Source: Candidatus Doudnabacteria bacterium
Lineage (GTDB): Bacteria > Patescibacteriota > Doudnabacteria > UBA920
Reading direction: 5' to 3'
Length of the DNA stretch: 64,000 nt
NCBI GenBank assembly: GCA_023245895.1
Contig: JAHFJJ010000003.1
Location: 11,343 to 75,342 of the forward strand
Below are positions 9,302 to 18,577 of this stretch, one piece after another (position 1 is the stretch's first letter; each line of letters starts with the position of its first letter). Below the pieces are notes generated by a model. It was not told the origin of the DNA. It saw only the letters and a list, made by a program, of their open reading frames with translations, and searched no databases. The translations under genes and the position numbers were made by a program.

Positions 9302-9568
9302 ATGAAAGTCAATGCAATAATTTACGCCCCATATTTTAAGCGGGCTTATAAAAAGTTGCCTCCGGAGCTCAAGGCTATATTTATAGAAAGGGAAAAATTA
9401 TTCCGCCAGGACTGTTTTTATCCTTTGCTTAAAACTCACAAGCTTGGGGGAAAATGGAAAGGTTATTGGGCTTTTTGGCTTGATTACCACCACAGGGTAA
9501 TGTTCCAATTTGCGGATGACGGCCAAGTTTATTTTTTTAATGTTGGCGACCATTCAATATATCAGTAA
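9302..9568 (+). CDS. RelE/ParE-family type II toxin (mRNA interferase)
   Basis: 88 aa, ...LGGKWKGYWAFWLDYHHRVMFQFADDGQVYFFNVGDHSIY C-terminal RelE/ParE signature. Located 1 nt after the antitoxin stop. Confidence 0.6.
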   Translation: MKVNAIIYAPYFKRAYKKLPPELKAIFIEREKLFRQDCFYPLLKTHKLGGKWKGYWAFWLDYHHRVMFQFADDGQVYFFNVGDHSIYQ

Positions 9569-9574
9569 ACTTAA

Positions 9575-9650
9575 GGGCGTGTAGCTCAGTTGGTAGAGCG
9601 GTCGTCTTATACACGACTGGTCGGGGGTCCGAGTCCCTCCACGCCCACCA
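9575..9650 (+). tRNA. tRNA-Ile (anticodon UAU), encoded CCA; atypical T-loop (C at position 55)
   Basis: Manual cloverleaf: acceptor gggcgtg/cacgccc, D-arm gctcagttggtagagc, anticodon stem gtcgt/acgac, loop cTTATac, T-arm ggggg-tccgagt-ccctc, CCA. Confidence 0.7.
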
Positions 9651-9696
9651 CTTCTTCGTCCGCCTGAGGCGGACTACGAAGTGCAAGCATCCAAAA

Positions 9697-9730
9697 ATAA
9701 ATCCCCTAAAGGGGATTTATTTTTTTAACA
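9697..9730 (+). terminator. Rho-independent terminator after tRNA-Ile
   Basis: aaatcccctaaaggggattt hairpin + ttttttt. Confidence 0.6.
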
Positions 9731-9866
9731 GTAAATTTATTTCTTGAACGAGTATTTCCAGATAGCTCTCCATGTCATCAAGGTTTTTGACCGACACTAT
9801 TTTACTTACCGCCCCGCTGGTCATTAAGTCTAGCGGATGCTCCTCATCTGTCAGTGCAAGTATAGA

Positions 9867-12347
9867 TTATATTATAGTAGCGCTGGCGACCTTATCTCCT
9901 TCATCCAACCTCATCACCCTTACGCCCTGAGTGGCTCTGCCTAATGTAGACACATTATTTAGCGGTGTGCGGATGGTTTGGCCCATTTTGGAGATTATTA
10001 CAAGGTCGTGTTCTTCGGCGTTGTTTAGGATGTACATGGCTACAATTTTGCCGGTCTTGGGGGTAACTTTTAGGGTTTTGATGCCGGAGCCGCCGCGGTT
10101 TTGGATTTTGTAGTATTGGCCTTCCGTTTTTTTGCCCAGGCCGTTTTCGGTTACCACCAAAACTTCCAGGGATTTTACATCAACTTCTTTTCTTATAATG
10201 TCCATGGAAATAATGTGGTCGTCTTTTTTAATGCGCATGCCGGTAACGCCGCTGGCGTTGCGGCCCATTGGGCGCACGTCTTTTTCGTTAAAGCGAATAG
10301 CCTGGCCGTTTTCCGTGGAAAGCATTATTTGGTCTTCTCCGGAAGAAGTTTCTACCCATTTCAATTCATCATCCCCTTTGAGGTTAATGGCAATCATACC
10401 GCTCTTGCGCACTTTGGCAAATTCTTCCCGCGCGACTTTTTTAATAAGGCCATTTTTGGTGGACATGACCAGGAATTTTCCGCCGGAGGCGGATCCGCCT
10501 CTGGCGGAGGCCATGGTTAAAATTGCTTGCGCGGTTTCATTGTTCTGGAGCTGTAGGAAGTTTACCAAGGCCTGGCCTTTGGCTGTCCTTGAGCCTTCGG
10601 GCAGTTCGTAAACTTTAGTCTGGAAGACGCGGCCTTTGTTGGTAAAGAAAAGAATGTCGTCGTGAGTGTGTGAAGATATAAGTTTGTCCACTACGTCTTC
10701 TTCTTTTAACGATTGGCCAATTATTCCTTTGCCGCCGCGGGCCTGGGCTTTGTAGGTATCGGGCGCCAGGCGTTTTACATAGCCGCTCTTGGTTACTGTA
10801 ATTATTACATTGCTTTCAGGGATTAAGTCTTCGGCGCTAAAGGAACCTATGGCGTTCTTGATTACCACAGTCCTGCGCTCGTCGCCGAATCTTTCTTTAA
10901 GGTCCAGCACCTCTTTTTTAATAATAGATAAAATCTTTTTAGCGGACTGCAAAATGCCTTCTAATTCTTCTATCAATGCTTTTTTTTCTTTCAGTTCATC
11001 GTCAATTTTTTTGCGTTCAAGGCCGGCCAAAGTCTGCAGGCGCATTTCCAAAATGGCGTCTGTCTGGATGTCGGTCAGCTTGAACTTCTTCATTAAGTTG
11101 ACCTTGGCTTCTTCCTTGGTCGGTGATTTGCGGATAATACTGATGACTTCATCAATATGGTCCAAGGCTTTCTTTAAGCCTTCCAAAATATGCGCGCGTT
11201 CTTTGGCTTTTTTAAGCTCAAAGGCTGTCCTTCTTTTTACCACAACCTGGCGGTGCTCCAGGAATTTTTCCAAAACCGTTTTTAGGTTTAAAACATGGGG
11301 CTCAATGCCCCCTACCAAGGCCAGCATGTTCAAATGGAAAGTTTCCTGCATTTGGGTGTAGGAAAAAAGCTGGTTTAAAATTTTGTTGGCCAGGCCGTCT
11401 TTTTTTATATCTACGACAATCCGCACGCCGTCTTTATCGCTTTCATCGCGCACGTCCTTAATGCCTTCTATTTTTTTCTCGCTGACCAGCAGGGCGATTT
11501 TTTCCAGCAGGGTGGCTTTGTTAACGCGGTAAGGAATTTCGTGGACTAAAATTTGGAAGGCCCCGCTCTTGGTCTCCACAATTTCAGTTTTTGCGCGCAT
11601 AACAATCCCGCCCTTGCCGGTAGCATAGGCGTTCTTTATGGCCGCGACATCGTAAATAATTCCGCCGGTGGGAAAGTCCGGTCCTTTAACAAATTCCATT
11701 AGGTCTTCGGTGGTGGCTTCGGGGTCATCAACCAGTTTTACAATCGCGTCGCAAATTTCCGTAAGGTTGTGCGGCGGAATATCTGTTGCCATGCCCACGG
11801 CAATGCCAAGTGTGCCGTTTAAAAGCAAATTAGGCACTTTGCCCGGAAAGACAATAGGTTCTTTGCGCGTGGCATCGTAGTTGTCGCGCCAGTCTACGGT
11901 TTCTTTGTCTAAATCTGTCAAAAGTTCTTCGGCTAAGGCGGACATCCTTGCTTCGGTGTACCTCATGGCCGCGGCGCCGTCGCCGTCCATAGAACCAAAG
12001 TTTCCCTGGCCGTCTATTAACGGGTAGCGCATGGCGAATTCCTGGGCCATGTGCACCATGGCGTCGTAAACCGAAGCGTCGCCATGCGGGTGGTATTTAC
12101 CCAAGACATCACCGACTACAGCCGCGGATTTGCGGAATTTAACGCTATGGCGCAGCCCCAGTTCGTGCATAACGTAAAGGATGCGGCGGTGCACGGGCTT
12201 AAGGCCGTCGCGTACATCGGGAAGGGCGCGGGAAACAATTACGCTCATGGCGTAATCCAAATACGACTCCTGCATTTCTGTTTGGATGTCGCGCTGTTTT
12301 ATTTCTCCTATGTCGGTTGATAGTTCTGCTTTGGAATCTTTGGGCAT
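9867..12347 (-). CDS. gyrA: DNA gyrase subunit A
   Basis: 826 aa. [27 protein letters not shown]-terminal signature, C-terminal beta-pinwheel repeats. Confidence 0.9.
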   Translation of the reverse strand: MPKDSKAELSTDIGEIKQRDIQTEMQESYLDYAMSVIVSRALPDVRDGLKPVHRRILYVMHELGLRHSVKFRKSAAVVGDVLGKYHPHGDASVYDAMVHMAQEFAMRYPLIDGQGNFGSMDGDGAAAMRYTEARMSALAEELLTDLDKETVDWRDNYDATRKEPIVFPGKVPNLLLNGTLGIAVGMATDIPPHNLTEICDAIVKLVDDPEATTEDLMEFVKGPDFPTGGIIYDVAAIKNAYATGKGGIVMRAKTEIVETKSGAFQILVHEIPYRVNKATLLEKIALLVSEKKIEGIKDVRDESDKDGVRIVVDIKKDGLANKILNQLFSYTQMQETFHLNMLALVGGIEPHVLNLKTVLEKFLEHRQVVVKRRTAFELKKAKERAHILEGLKKALDHIDEVISIIRKSPTKEEAKVNLMKKFKLTDIQTDAILEMRLQTLAGLERKKIDDELKEKKALIEELEGILQSAKKILSIIKKEVLDLKERFGDERRTVVIKNAIGSFSAEDLIPESNVIITVTKSGYVKRLAPDTYKAQARGGKGIIGQSLKEEDVVDKLISSHTHDDILFFTNKGRVFQTKVYELPEGSRTAKGQALVNFLQLQNNETAQAILTMASARGGSASGGKFLVMSTKNGLIKKVAREEFAKVRKSGMIAINLKGDDELKWVETSSGEDQIMLSTENGQAIRFNEKDVRPMGRNASGVTGMRIKKDDHIISMDIIRKEVDVKSLEVLVVTENGLGKKTEGQYYKIQNRGGSGIKTLKVTPKTGKIVAMYILNNAEEHDLVIISKMGQTIRTPLNNVSTLGRATQGVRVMRLDEGDKVASATII

Positions 12348-12448
12348 AGTGTGATTGACAAGATTAAGTAAGATTTAAATGATTGACATGATTGTCTGCA
12401 GTAATTCTTGTCATTCTTGCTCAATCTTTTAATTCTTTTAAATCAAAT

Positions 12449-12697
12449 TTATTTCCTGAAGTTATCTTTTACATCCTTTATCCCCTGTCCAATTGTTTGG
12501 AAAAAGGTAGCGTCTTTGTCTACTCTTTTATAGTACCTGGAGCTAATTACCCAGACAATAGTAAGTAAGATTGCTGCTATAATTACTGCTGTCCAAATAA
12601 GCTTGAGCTTTTCGGCTTGGGGTTTGTGTCTTATTTGCTCAATCCATTTCATATTATGTAGGGTTCCCAAATATACAAATTTTAGACAAATATACAA
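12449..12697 (-). CDS. Hypothetical small membrane protein
   Basis: Single TM helix. Real start may be the internal MKWIEQ. Confidence 0.3.
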   Translation of the reverse strand: MYICLKFVYLGTLHNMKWIEQIRHKPQAEKLKLIWTAVIIAAILLTIVWVISSRYYKRVDKDATFFQTIGQGIKDVKDNFRK

Positions 12698-12751
12698 ATC
12701 ATAAGAATTTCAGGGTTTGTATATTTGTGTTGATTTGTGTATTTGCGATTA

Positions 12752-13378
12752 CTACCTTAAGGGTTCCAGTATCACCAACTTTGTGCCCTCTTCCTGAAGT
12801 TCTTTCTTTTTTATTGTCAGCTTGTCCATTTCTTCCTTTTTGCCGCCCATTTCTTTTACAAATTTTTCCAAAGAGTCTAAATCTAAAATCAAATCTTTAT
12901 TCTTGTAGTGCGATGGGATAACAATCTTTGGTTCAACTTCATTTACGACTTTTGCGGCGGCCGAAGCGGAAAGCACAGTGTTGCCGCCGACGGGCAAGAT
13001 TAAAATATCTATTTCTCCCAAAGATTCAAGTTCGTCTTCTGTTAAGTTAAATTCTTTTATATGCGTTAAGTTTAAAATGCGAATGTCTTCGCTTTCTATT
13101 AAGAAAATTGTTACGTATTTATTTTCCTGTTTTAATGGAATGCCTGTTACGGTTACGCCTTTAATGTCGTATTCGCCCGGGTCAGTAATGTCAAAATGCT
13201 CGCCACTAATGCCGCTAATGGCCGAGTAAAGTTTGCTGTTTTTGTCAGCCAAAACTAAAACATCCGCCGCCCCGCGGGGCGGGGTCAGGCCGGAGTCCTT
13301 GTGGAAAGGATCGGTAATAATTGTGGCTTCTTTAGTGGTTATTTTAAACGAAGAAAGTCCGAAATATTGGATTTGCAT
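12752..13378 (-). CDS. MBL-fold metallo-hydrolase (UPF0173-like)
   Basis: ~208 aa, metal-binding HxHxDH-like spacing consistent with the beta-lactamase fold. Confidence 0.5.
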   Translation of the reverse strand: MQIQYFGLSSFKITTKEATIITDPFHKDSGLTPPRGAADVLVLADKNSKLYSAISGISGEHFDITDPGEYDIKGVTVTGIPLKQENKYVTIFLIESEDIRILNLTHIKEFNLTEDELESLGEIDILILPVGGNTVLSASAAAKVVNEVEPKIVIPSHYKNKDLILDLDSLEKFVKEMGGKKEEMDKLTIKKKELQEEGTKLVILEPLR

Positions 13379-13571
13379 TTTAGGTTCTAGGCGCTAGGTT
13401 TTAGGTTCAAGAAAGCCCAGGAAACCAGCGGTATTATTAAAGGTTTAAGCTTAAATCTTCTATTGAATTATAGCTGATTTTGGGTAAAAAGAAAAGGGGT
13501 TTTAAGACTTGAAAATTTACTAATTATTTGATATAATTTTTTGTTGCTAAGGCAACAATTTAGGAGGACCA

Positions 13572-14033
13572 ATGCAACAGGCAGTTCTATGGAAAAACCC
13601 AATTTCTCCACCTGCGACGCGTGACGAAGTTGAGCAGATAGAGAAAGAATTGGGGTTTAAGTTTCCCCAAGATTTTCTTATCTGCGCCATGAAAAACCAT
13701 GGCGCTAACACGAGTCAATTCAGGGTGGTATGTCTCGATGTCCCGCGGTCTCTAGACTTTCTTCTTTCGCTGAGGATAGGTACCGAAATATTTACGCCGC
13801 TTCAGGCTATCGAGAAAAGCATCTCTCTGCTTCCTGGTCTCGTGCCTTTCGCAACCGCATCTGACGAAGGCTGGTGGTGTTTCGATTACCGAAAAGCACC
13901 AGACAACCCATCGATCGCATTTTGGGACCGGGCTTTGTCTCACAATCCTTTGAAGGCGGTGATTCCCGTCGCTCGTTCTTTTACGGAAATGTGCGAATTG
14001 ATGCATTGCTACGAAGGCGAAGCTTTGAACTGA
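13572..14033 (+). CDS. SMI1/KNR4 (SUKH-1) family protein, putative orphan immunity protein
   Basis: ATRDEVEQIEKELGFKFPQDFLICAMKNHGA matches the SUKH/SMI1-KNR4 N-terminal signature. Strong RBS taggagg. GC-rich compared with neighbours. Confidence 0.5.
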   Translation: MQQAVLWKNPISPPATRDEVEQIEKELGFKFPQDFLICAMKNHGANTSQFRVVCLDVPRSLDFLLSLRIGTEIFTPLQAIEKSISLLPGLVPFATASDEGWWCFDYRKAPDNPSIAFWDRALSHNPLKAVIPVARSFTEMCELMHCYEGEALN

Positions 14034-14042
14034 CTTGCAAGC

Positions 14043-14082
14043 TATGGGGTGTACTGGTTACCAGTACACCCCTTGCTTTTTT
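14043..14082 (+). terminator. Rho-independent terminator after SUKH gene
   Basis: ggggtgtactggttaccagtacacccc + ttgctttttt. Confidence 0.6.
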
Positions 14083-14398
14083 ATATAAAACTGCTATAAT
14101 ATTTGGGCTTATTTGAATAAGTGCTAAAGCCCGCCGGAGGCGGGTCCGCCTCTGGCGGAAAATAATAATTATTAATCCCAAATAAGCCTTTGAAACAGCA
14201 CTTTTTAACAATTAACCAATGCAATACGTATCTTAAATTTGTTCAACGATTTTAAGTCGTTGATTTTTTATTTTCACCCTCCCCTAACCCCTCCCATCAA
14301 GGGAGGGGAAGACTGCAGACTGCAGTAGTTCCTTCCCCTTGATGGGGAAGGCTAGGAAGGGGCGAATGATCGTAGTTGGTTAGAGAAAGAAAATTAAT

Positions 14399-15634
14399 AT
14401 GACAGAAGAAGTAAAACAAGCAGTTATTCCCGCCGGAGCGGCCAGCGCTACGACAATGACAGATTTGGTCAATAGCGGCGTGGAAATCCGCGTGCTTAAA
14501 CCAGGCGACATGGTAGAAGGCGCGCTTATTAGCGTAGGCAAGAACGAAGTTTACGTTGACTTGGAAGGCTATGGCGTGGGCGTTGTTCGCGGCCGCGAGT
14601 TGTATGACGACGAAGCAACTTTGTCCGCTTTAAAACCCGGCGACAAAATTTTTGTTTCCGTGGTTGAAGGCGAAAACAAAGAAGGTATTGTCGAATTGTC
14701 CTTAAGACAAGCCGGGCAGGAAAGAGTTTGGCAGACCTTAAAGGAAAAGTTGGACAGCAAGGAAATTGTCCGCACCAAAATTTTGGAAGCCAACAAAGGC
14801 GGCCTTATGGTAGAGATAAACAACGTAATGGGTTTCTTGCCCGTATCCCAGTTGTCTTTGGAGCACTATCCCCGCGTGGAAGACGGCGACAAGAACCGCA
14901 TTTTGGGCGTTTTGCAGTCTTATGTTGGCCAGTCGTTCGATGTGCAAATTATTACAGCCGACTCCACCGAGGAAAAACTGATTGTTTCCGAAAAAGCCGT
15001 TTTTGAAAAAGAAATGGAAAACAAGCTCGGCTCGCTTAAAATTGGCCAGGTTGTGGAAGGTACAATTACCGGTGTGGTAGACTTTGGCGCCTTTGTTAAA
15101 TTCGGTGAAATGGAAGGCTTGGTCCACATTAGCGAACTTGCCTGGCAGAGGATTGAAAACCCCAAGGACATTGTGAAAGTCGGCCAGAAAGTTACGGCCA
15201 AAGTTATTTCCATAGACAAAGGCCGCGTATCTTTATCCATTAAACAATTACAGGAAGACCCATGGCTGGAAGCGGTTAAGAAATACCAAATTGGCCAGGT
15301 GGTTAAGGGCAAGGTAGGGAAAATTATGCCTTTTGGCGTATTTGTGGAATTGGACAAAGACATCCAGGGCCTGGCCCACATAATGGAGCTTTCGCACGAA
15401 GCGGTTAAGAACGCGGAAGACTTTGTTAAACCGGGCGAGGAAAAAGAATTTAAGATTATTTCCATTGAACCGGCCGAGCACCGTTTAGGCCTTTCTTTGA
15501 AAGCTTTAACCGAAGCGCCTAAGAAGGCGAAAGAAGAAAAAGCTTCTGTCTCCGTTGAAGTTTCTGCGGATAAGGAAGAAGTCAAAGAATCCGCCGACGC
15601 TAAACCCATGGCGGACAAGGAAGCGGCAACATAA
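14399..15634 (+). CDS. rpsA: 30S ribosomal protein S1
   Basis: 411 aa with four S1 (OB-fold) repeats, acidic/lysine-rich C-terminal tail. Confidence 0.8.
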   Translation: MTEEVKQAVIPAGAASATTMTDLVNSGVEIRVLKPGDMVEGALISVGKNEVYVDLEGYGVGVVRGRELYDDEATLSALKPGDKIFVSVVEGENKEGIVELSLRQAGQERVWQTLKEKLDSKEIVRTKILEANKGGLMVEINNVMGFLPVSQLSLEHYPRVEDGDKNRILGVLQSYVGQSFDVQIITADSTEEKLIVSEKAVFEKEMENKLGSLKIGQVVEGTITGVVDFGAFVKFGEMEGLVHISELAWQRIENPKDIVKVGQKVTAKVISIDKGRVSLSIKQLQEDPWLEAVKKYQIGQVVKGKVGKIMPFGVFVELDKDIQGLAHIMELSHEAVKNAEDFVKPGEEKEFKIISIEPAEHRLGLSLKALTEAPKKAKEEKASVSVEVSADKEEVKESADAKPMADKEAAT

Positions 15635-15647
15635 AGTAAAATTTAAA

Positions 15648-15680
15648 AACCCTCCCCTTAGTCGGGAGGGTTTTTTTGTA
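15648..15680 (+). terminator. Rho-independent terminator after rpsA
   Basis: aaaaccctccccttagtcgggagggttttttt. Confidence 0.6.
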
Positions 15681-15721
15681 TGGTACGATGACTGCCATCG
15701 TATACATTGTACAAAGGGATT

Positions 15722-15958
15722 TTAAATTGAAGTAGGGGCGGCAACAGGATTGCAGTTGCGGCAGAGTTTTTTGTGGACTGCAATTTCGTAAATCGCGGAC
15801 AGGCCGACAAGCACGTAGATTACCATGGTAACAGGGTTGGAAACAGGGCCGAAGATTTTTTCAACAAGGTTGAAATTAAACGCGGTAAGTCCCCAGTTAA
15901 GCCCGCCAACAATCAATAGGATAAAAGCAATGGTGTGTAAAACTTTCATTCTTTTCAC
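15722..15958 (-). CDS. DUF378 family membrane protein
   Basis: 78 aa, two TM helices, GGLNWGL motif characteristic of DUF378. Confidence 0.55.
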   Translation of the reverse strand: MKRMKVLHTIAFILLIVGGLNWGLTAFNFNLVEKIFGPVSNPVTMVIYVLVGLSAIYEIAVHKKLCRNCNPVAAPTSI

Positions 15959-16079
15959 CCCCTTTCAAGGGTAGTTGATTGGTTAATTTAGACGTCCTAA
16001 TTATAACAACCGCCTTAGTTTTTAACTAATTGGTTATCAACAATTAAAAATCCTCCGTATGAGCGGAGGATTTTTATAT

Positions 16080-17342
16080 TTATGATATGACCCGGCTTGG
16101 GATTTTTGGCAGTGGGATATCAACTGTAAATTCTTTGTTTAGCTCGCCTTCTTTTGGAGATTGGCGGTGGGTGTTAATATGGACCACGCGGGCTTCCGGG
16201 AAGCCATTAAAGTCAGTAGCCGATGCTAAAGTGTATGCGCCAATATTTTCAGCGTATAGCAAATCGTCAATTTGTAAATCTTCCGGCAGTTCGTCGGCCA
16301 AAGAAATTGTGTCAAAAGCGTCGCAGGTCGGCCCAAAGGTGGCACAGACTTTTAGCTCGCCTTCCTTAAAGGCGTGGAGCGGATAATGCTGGTGGTCATA
16401 AACTTGTCCGGAAAAAGTATGGTAAACGCCGTCATCTAAGTAGTAGCAGGTCTTGCCGTCGCGCACAGATTTGCCAATAATTTTCGTAACCAAAGTGCAG
16501 GCCGTGGCAACAATAAACCTTCCGGGCTCGGCTATTGGGTCGACGTCGCCGTTAAACAATCTTTTAATTTCTGAATTGATTTTTTTTGCGGCTTGGGCAA
16601 AAGGTTTTACGTCGGAAGTGTACCTTACGGGGAAACCGCCGCCAATGTCTAAAATTCTCATTTTTTTACCGTCTTTGTCAACAAACCCTATGTCCAATCC
16701 CCGCTGTTTGGCTTCTTTAAAAATTGAAGAAGCCAAGGATAGCGCCCCAACATAATTTTCAAAATTGTAACATTGGCTGCCTACGTGGAAACTGATGCCT
16801 TCTACGCTCAAGCCTAAATTTACAGCTTCGGCAATTAAGTCCACGGCTTCGCCGGGGTGTGCCCCGAATTTGGATGATAACTCAACCATAGAACCGGTAT
16901 TGGGTATGCGCACGCGCAAGACTAAACGCACGTCCGGAGCATGTTCTTTAATTTTTTTGAGTTCCTCAATGTTGTCAAAAGTCACTAAAATTTTGTAAGG
17001 GTTTAGCTTTTTTAAAACCTTGGCCGGCTTAATTGTGTTGGCGTAAATTACTTTGTCCCAAATAAAGTCCTGGCGTTCTTTTTCCGGCCAGTCTTTGATA
17101 TTTTCATACACAAGCTTAAATTCCCAAATTGAAGCCACGTCGAAACTTGAGCCCATGTCGAACATGGTCTTAATTATTTCCGGGTTGGAGTTGGCTTTGA
17201 CCGCGAAATACGCCTGCACGTCCGGCAGTTTGTCGCGGAATTCTTTATAATTTTCGCGGATGATGTCGTGGTCCACTACAAACAGCGGCGTACCGTGTTT
17301 GGCCGCCAATTCCTGCACCAGTTTTTTTCTTTCTTCAGTCAT
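16080..17342 (-). CDS. PLP-dependent group IV decarboxylase, ornithine decarboxylase-like
   Basis: YFAVKAN (PLP-lysine motif), SFDVAS, GGG region. Fits the eukaryotic-type ODC/Lys-Orn decarboxylase family. Last gene of the hss operon. Confidence 0.7.
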   Translation of the reverse strand: MTEERKKLVQELAAKHGTPLFVVDHDIIRENYKEFRDKLPDVQAYFAVKANSNPEIIKTMFDMGSSFDVASIWEFKLVYENIKDWPEKERQDFIWDKVIYANTIKPAKVLKKLNPYKILVTFDNIEELKKIKEHAPDVRLVLRVRIPNTGSMVELSSKFGAHPGEAVDLIAEAVNLGLSVEGISFHVGSQCYNFENYVGALSLASSIFKEAKQRGLDIGFVDKDGKKMRILDIGGGFPVRYTSDVKPFAQAAKKINSEIKRLFNGDVDPIAEPGRFIVATACTLVTKIIGKSVRDGKTCYYLDDGVYHTFSGQVYDHQHYPLHAFKEGELKVCATFGPTCDAFDTISLADELPEDLQIDDLLYAENIGAYTLASATDFNGFPEARVVHINTHRQSPKEGELNKEFTVDIPLPKIPSRVIS

Positions 17343-17348
17343 GGTTTT

Positions 17349-18218
17349 TTAGCTTAACTTAATTCCGGCAAAAATTAATGTAGCTGCCGAGGCTATTCTT
17401 AAAATATAAACTTTCCAAGTATGGTGTTCAAACAGTTTGGGGAAAAAGAGCGACGAGGCCATGGCAATAATTACGGACAAAGGAATGGCAATTATGGCCT
17501 GGGAAATGCCAATGTTGAGGGTAAAGGCTTTGGCGGAAAGCAAGTTGGCAGTAGCGCCGGCTAAGGCGAATAAAAATATTATGCCAATGTGGCTCTTGTC
17601 CAGGGTTTTAATGTCTTTGCTAAACAGCGGCCAGGTAAATAGCATTATTCCTGCGGCAATAACGTTGTACCAAAGGTTTAAAGTCCAAAAGTTATTATCT
17701 ACAGCGGCTTTGTTTAGGAACAGGGCCATTAAGGATATGGCCAGCATTTCAACTAAGGCTAAAATTACGCCTTTGCTAAAAAAGGATTTAATGGAAAAGT
17801 TTTCATCGAATGTTACAAAAATTCCCGCCACTACCATTGCACCTATTAAGTACATTTGGTTTCCTGTAAGAACCTCCCCTAAGAACATTGCCCCTAAAAT
17901 TACGGAAAAAATAGTCTTAAAATTTTCCAGCGGGATAAATACCGAAACATCCAGTTGGTAAGCCACCAAGTTAAACAGGGTCATGCCCAGGGCAAAAAAT
18001 AGCGCTGCTAATAATATGTTGCCCCAAGCCGACGGCCAGCCCGCGCCCATGTAAAGAGAAACAGAAGAATTCAGGAGGATGGTAAAAAATAAGCACGTAA
18101 TGTTAAGGAGCCACGGGTTATTAACTTTATGTTTGCTTAGGTACTTGAGCAATAGGCTTTCAATGGCAAAGGTGATACTGGCGCCCCAGGCGAAAAACTG
18201 AAAGGGAATGTGTTCCAT
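17349..18218 (-). CDS. DMT/EamA-like polytopic membrane transporter (putative)
   Basis: 289 aa, ~10 predicted TM helices. Sits between hss and the ODC-like gene. Confidence 0.4.
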   Translation of the reverse strand: MEHIPFQFFAWGASITFAIESLLLKYLSKHKVNNPWLLNITCLFFTILLNSSVSLYMGAGWPSAWGNILLAALFFALGMTLFNLVAYQLDVSVFIPLENFKTIFSVILGAMFLGEVLTGNQMYLIGAMVVAGIFVTFDENFSIKSFFSKGVILALVEMLAISLMALFLNKAAVDNNFWTLNLWYNVIAAGIMLFTWPLFSKDIKTLDKSHIGIIFLFALAGATANLLSAKAFTLNIGISQAIIAIPLSVIIAMASSLFFPKLFEHHTWKVYILRIASAATLIFAGIKLS

Positions 18219-18232
18219 TATTTAATAATTTT

Positions 18233-18571
18233 TTAGGCTAGTGACAATAGAACTATCGCAATAATAGCAGTAAGGATGCCGGCTCCGCTAAACCAGTTTA
18301 GTTTTTCGCTGAAGATAAGGACTCCTATAGATACGGTGGCAAGCAAACTGAGTACTGACCAGATTGTGCCGACAATGGAGAGTTGGTTTTTTTGCAGTAT
18401 TGCGGGGAGCCAAGCCAAGGTGCCTAGTATATACGCCGTAAGGATCAAGGCGACAAAACTTGGCGTGGGGTGTAAGGCAAATTTTTTTGAGAAAAACTCA
18501 CCGCACGCAAAGAACAAAGCGGACAGGACTAACCAAATAAAGTAATTAATGGATAGTAAGTACTTCATCAA
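18233..18571 (-). CDS. Small 4-TM membrane protein (SMR/DMT-like)
   Basis: 112 aa, four hydrophobic helices. Confidence 0.35.
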   Translation of the reverse strand: MMKYLLSINYFIWLVLSALFFACGEFFSKKFALHPTPSFVALILTAYILGTLAWLPAILQKNQLSIVGTIWSVLSLLATVSIGVLIFSEKLNWFSGAGILTAIIAIVLLSLA

Positions 18572-18577
18572 TTATGC

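Noticed and set aside
10101-12320. Several plus-strand ORFs of 60-190 aa (10101-10520, 10132-10611, 10789-11361, 12051-12320) inside gyrA
   Set aside because: They are antisense to a high-confidence 826-aa gyrA CDS. Such overlapping ORFs are expected by chance in long genes.
14569-15618. Minus- and plus-strand ORFs overlapping rpsA (up to 232 aa)
   Set aside because: They are antisense to the conserved S1 protein gene. The 232-aa translation is low complexity.
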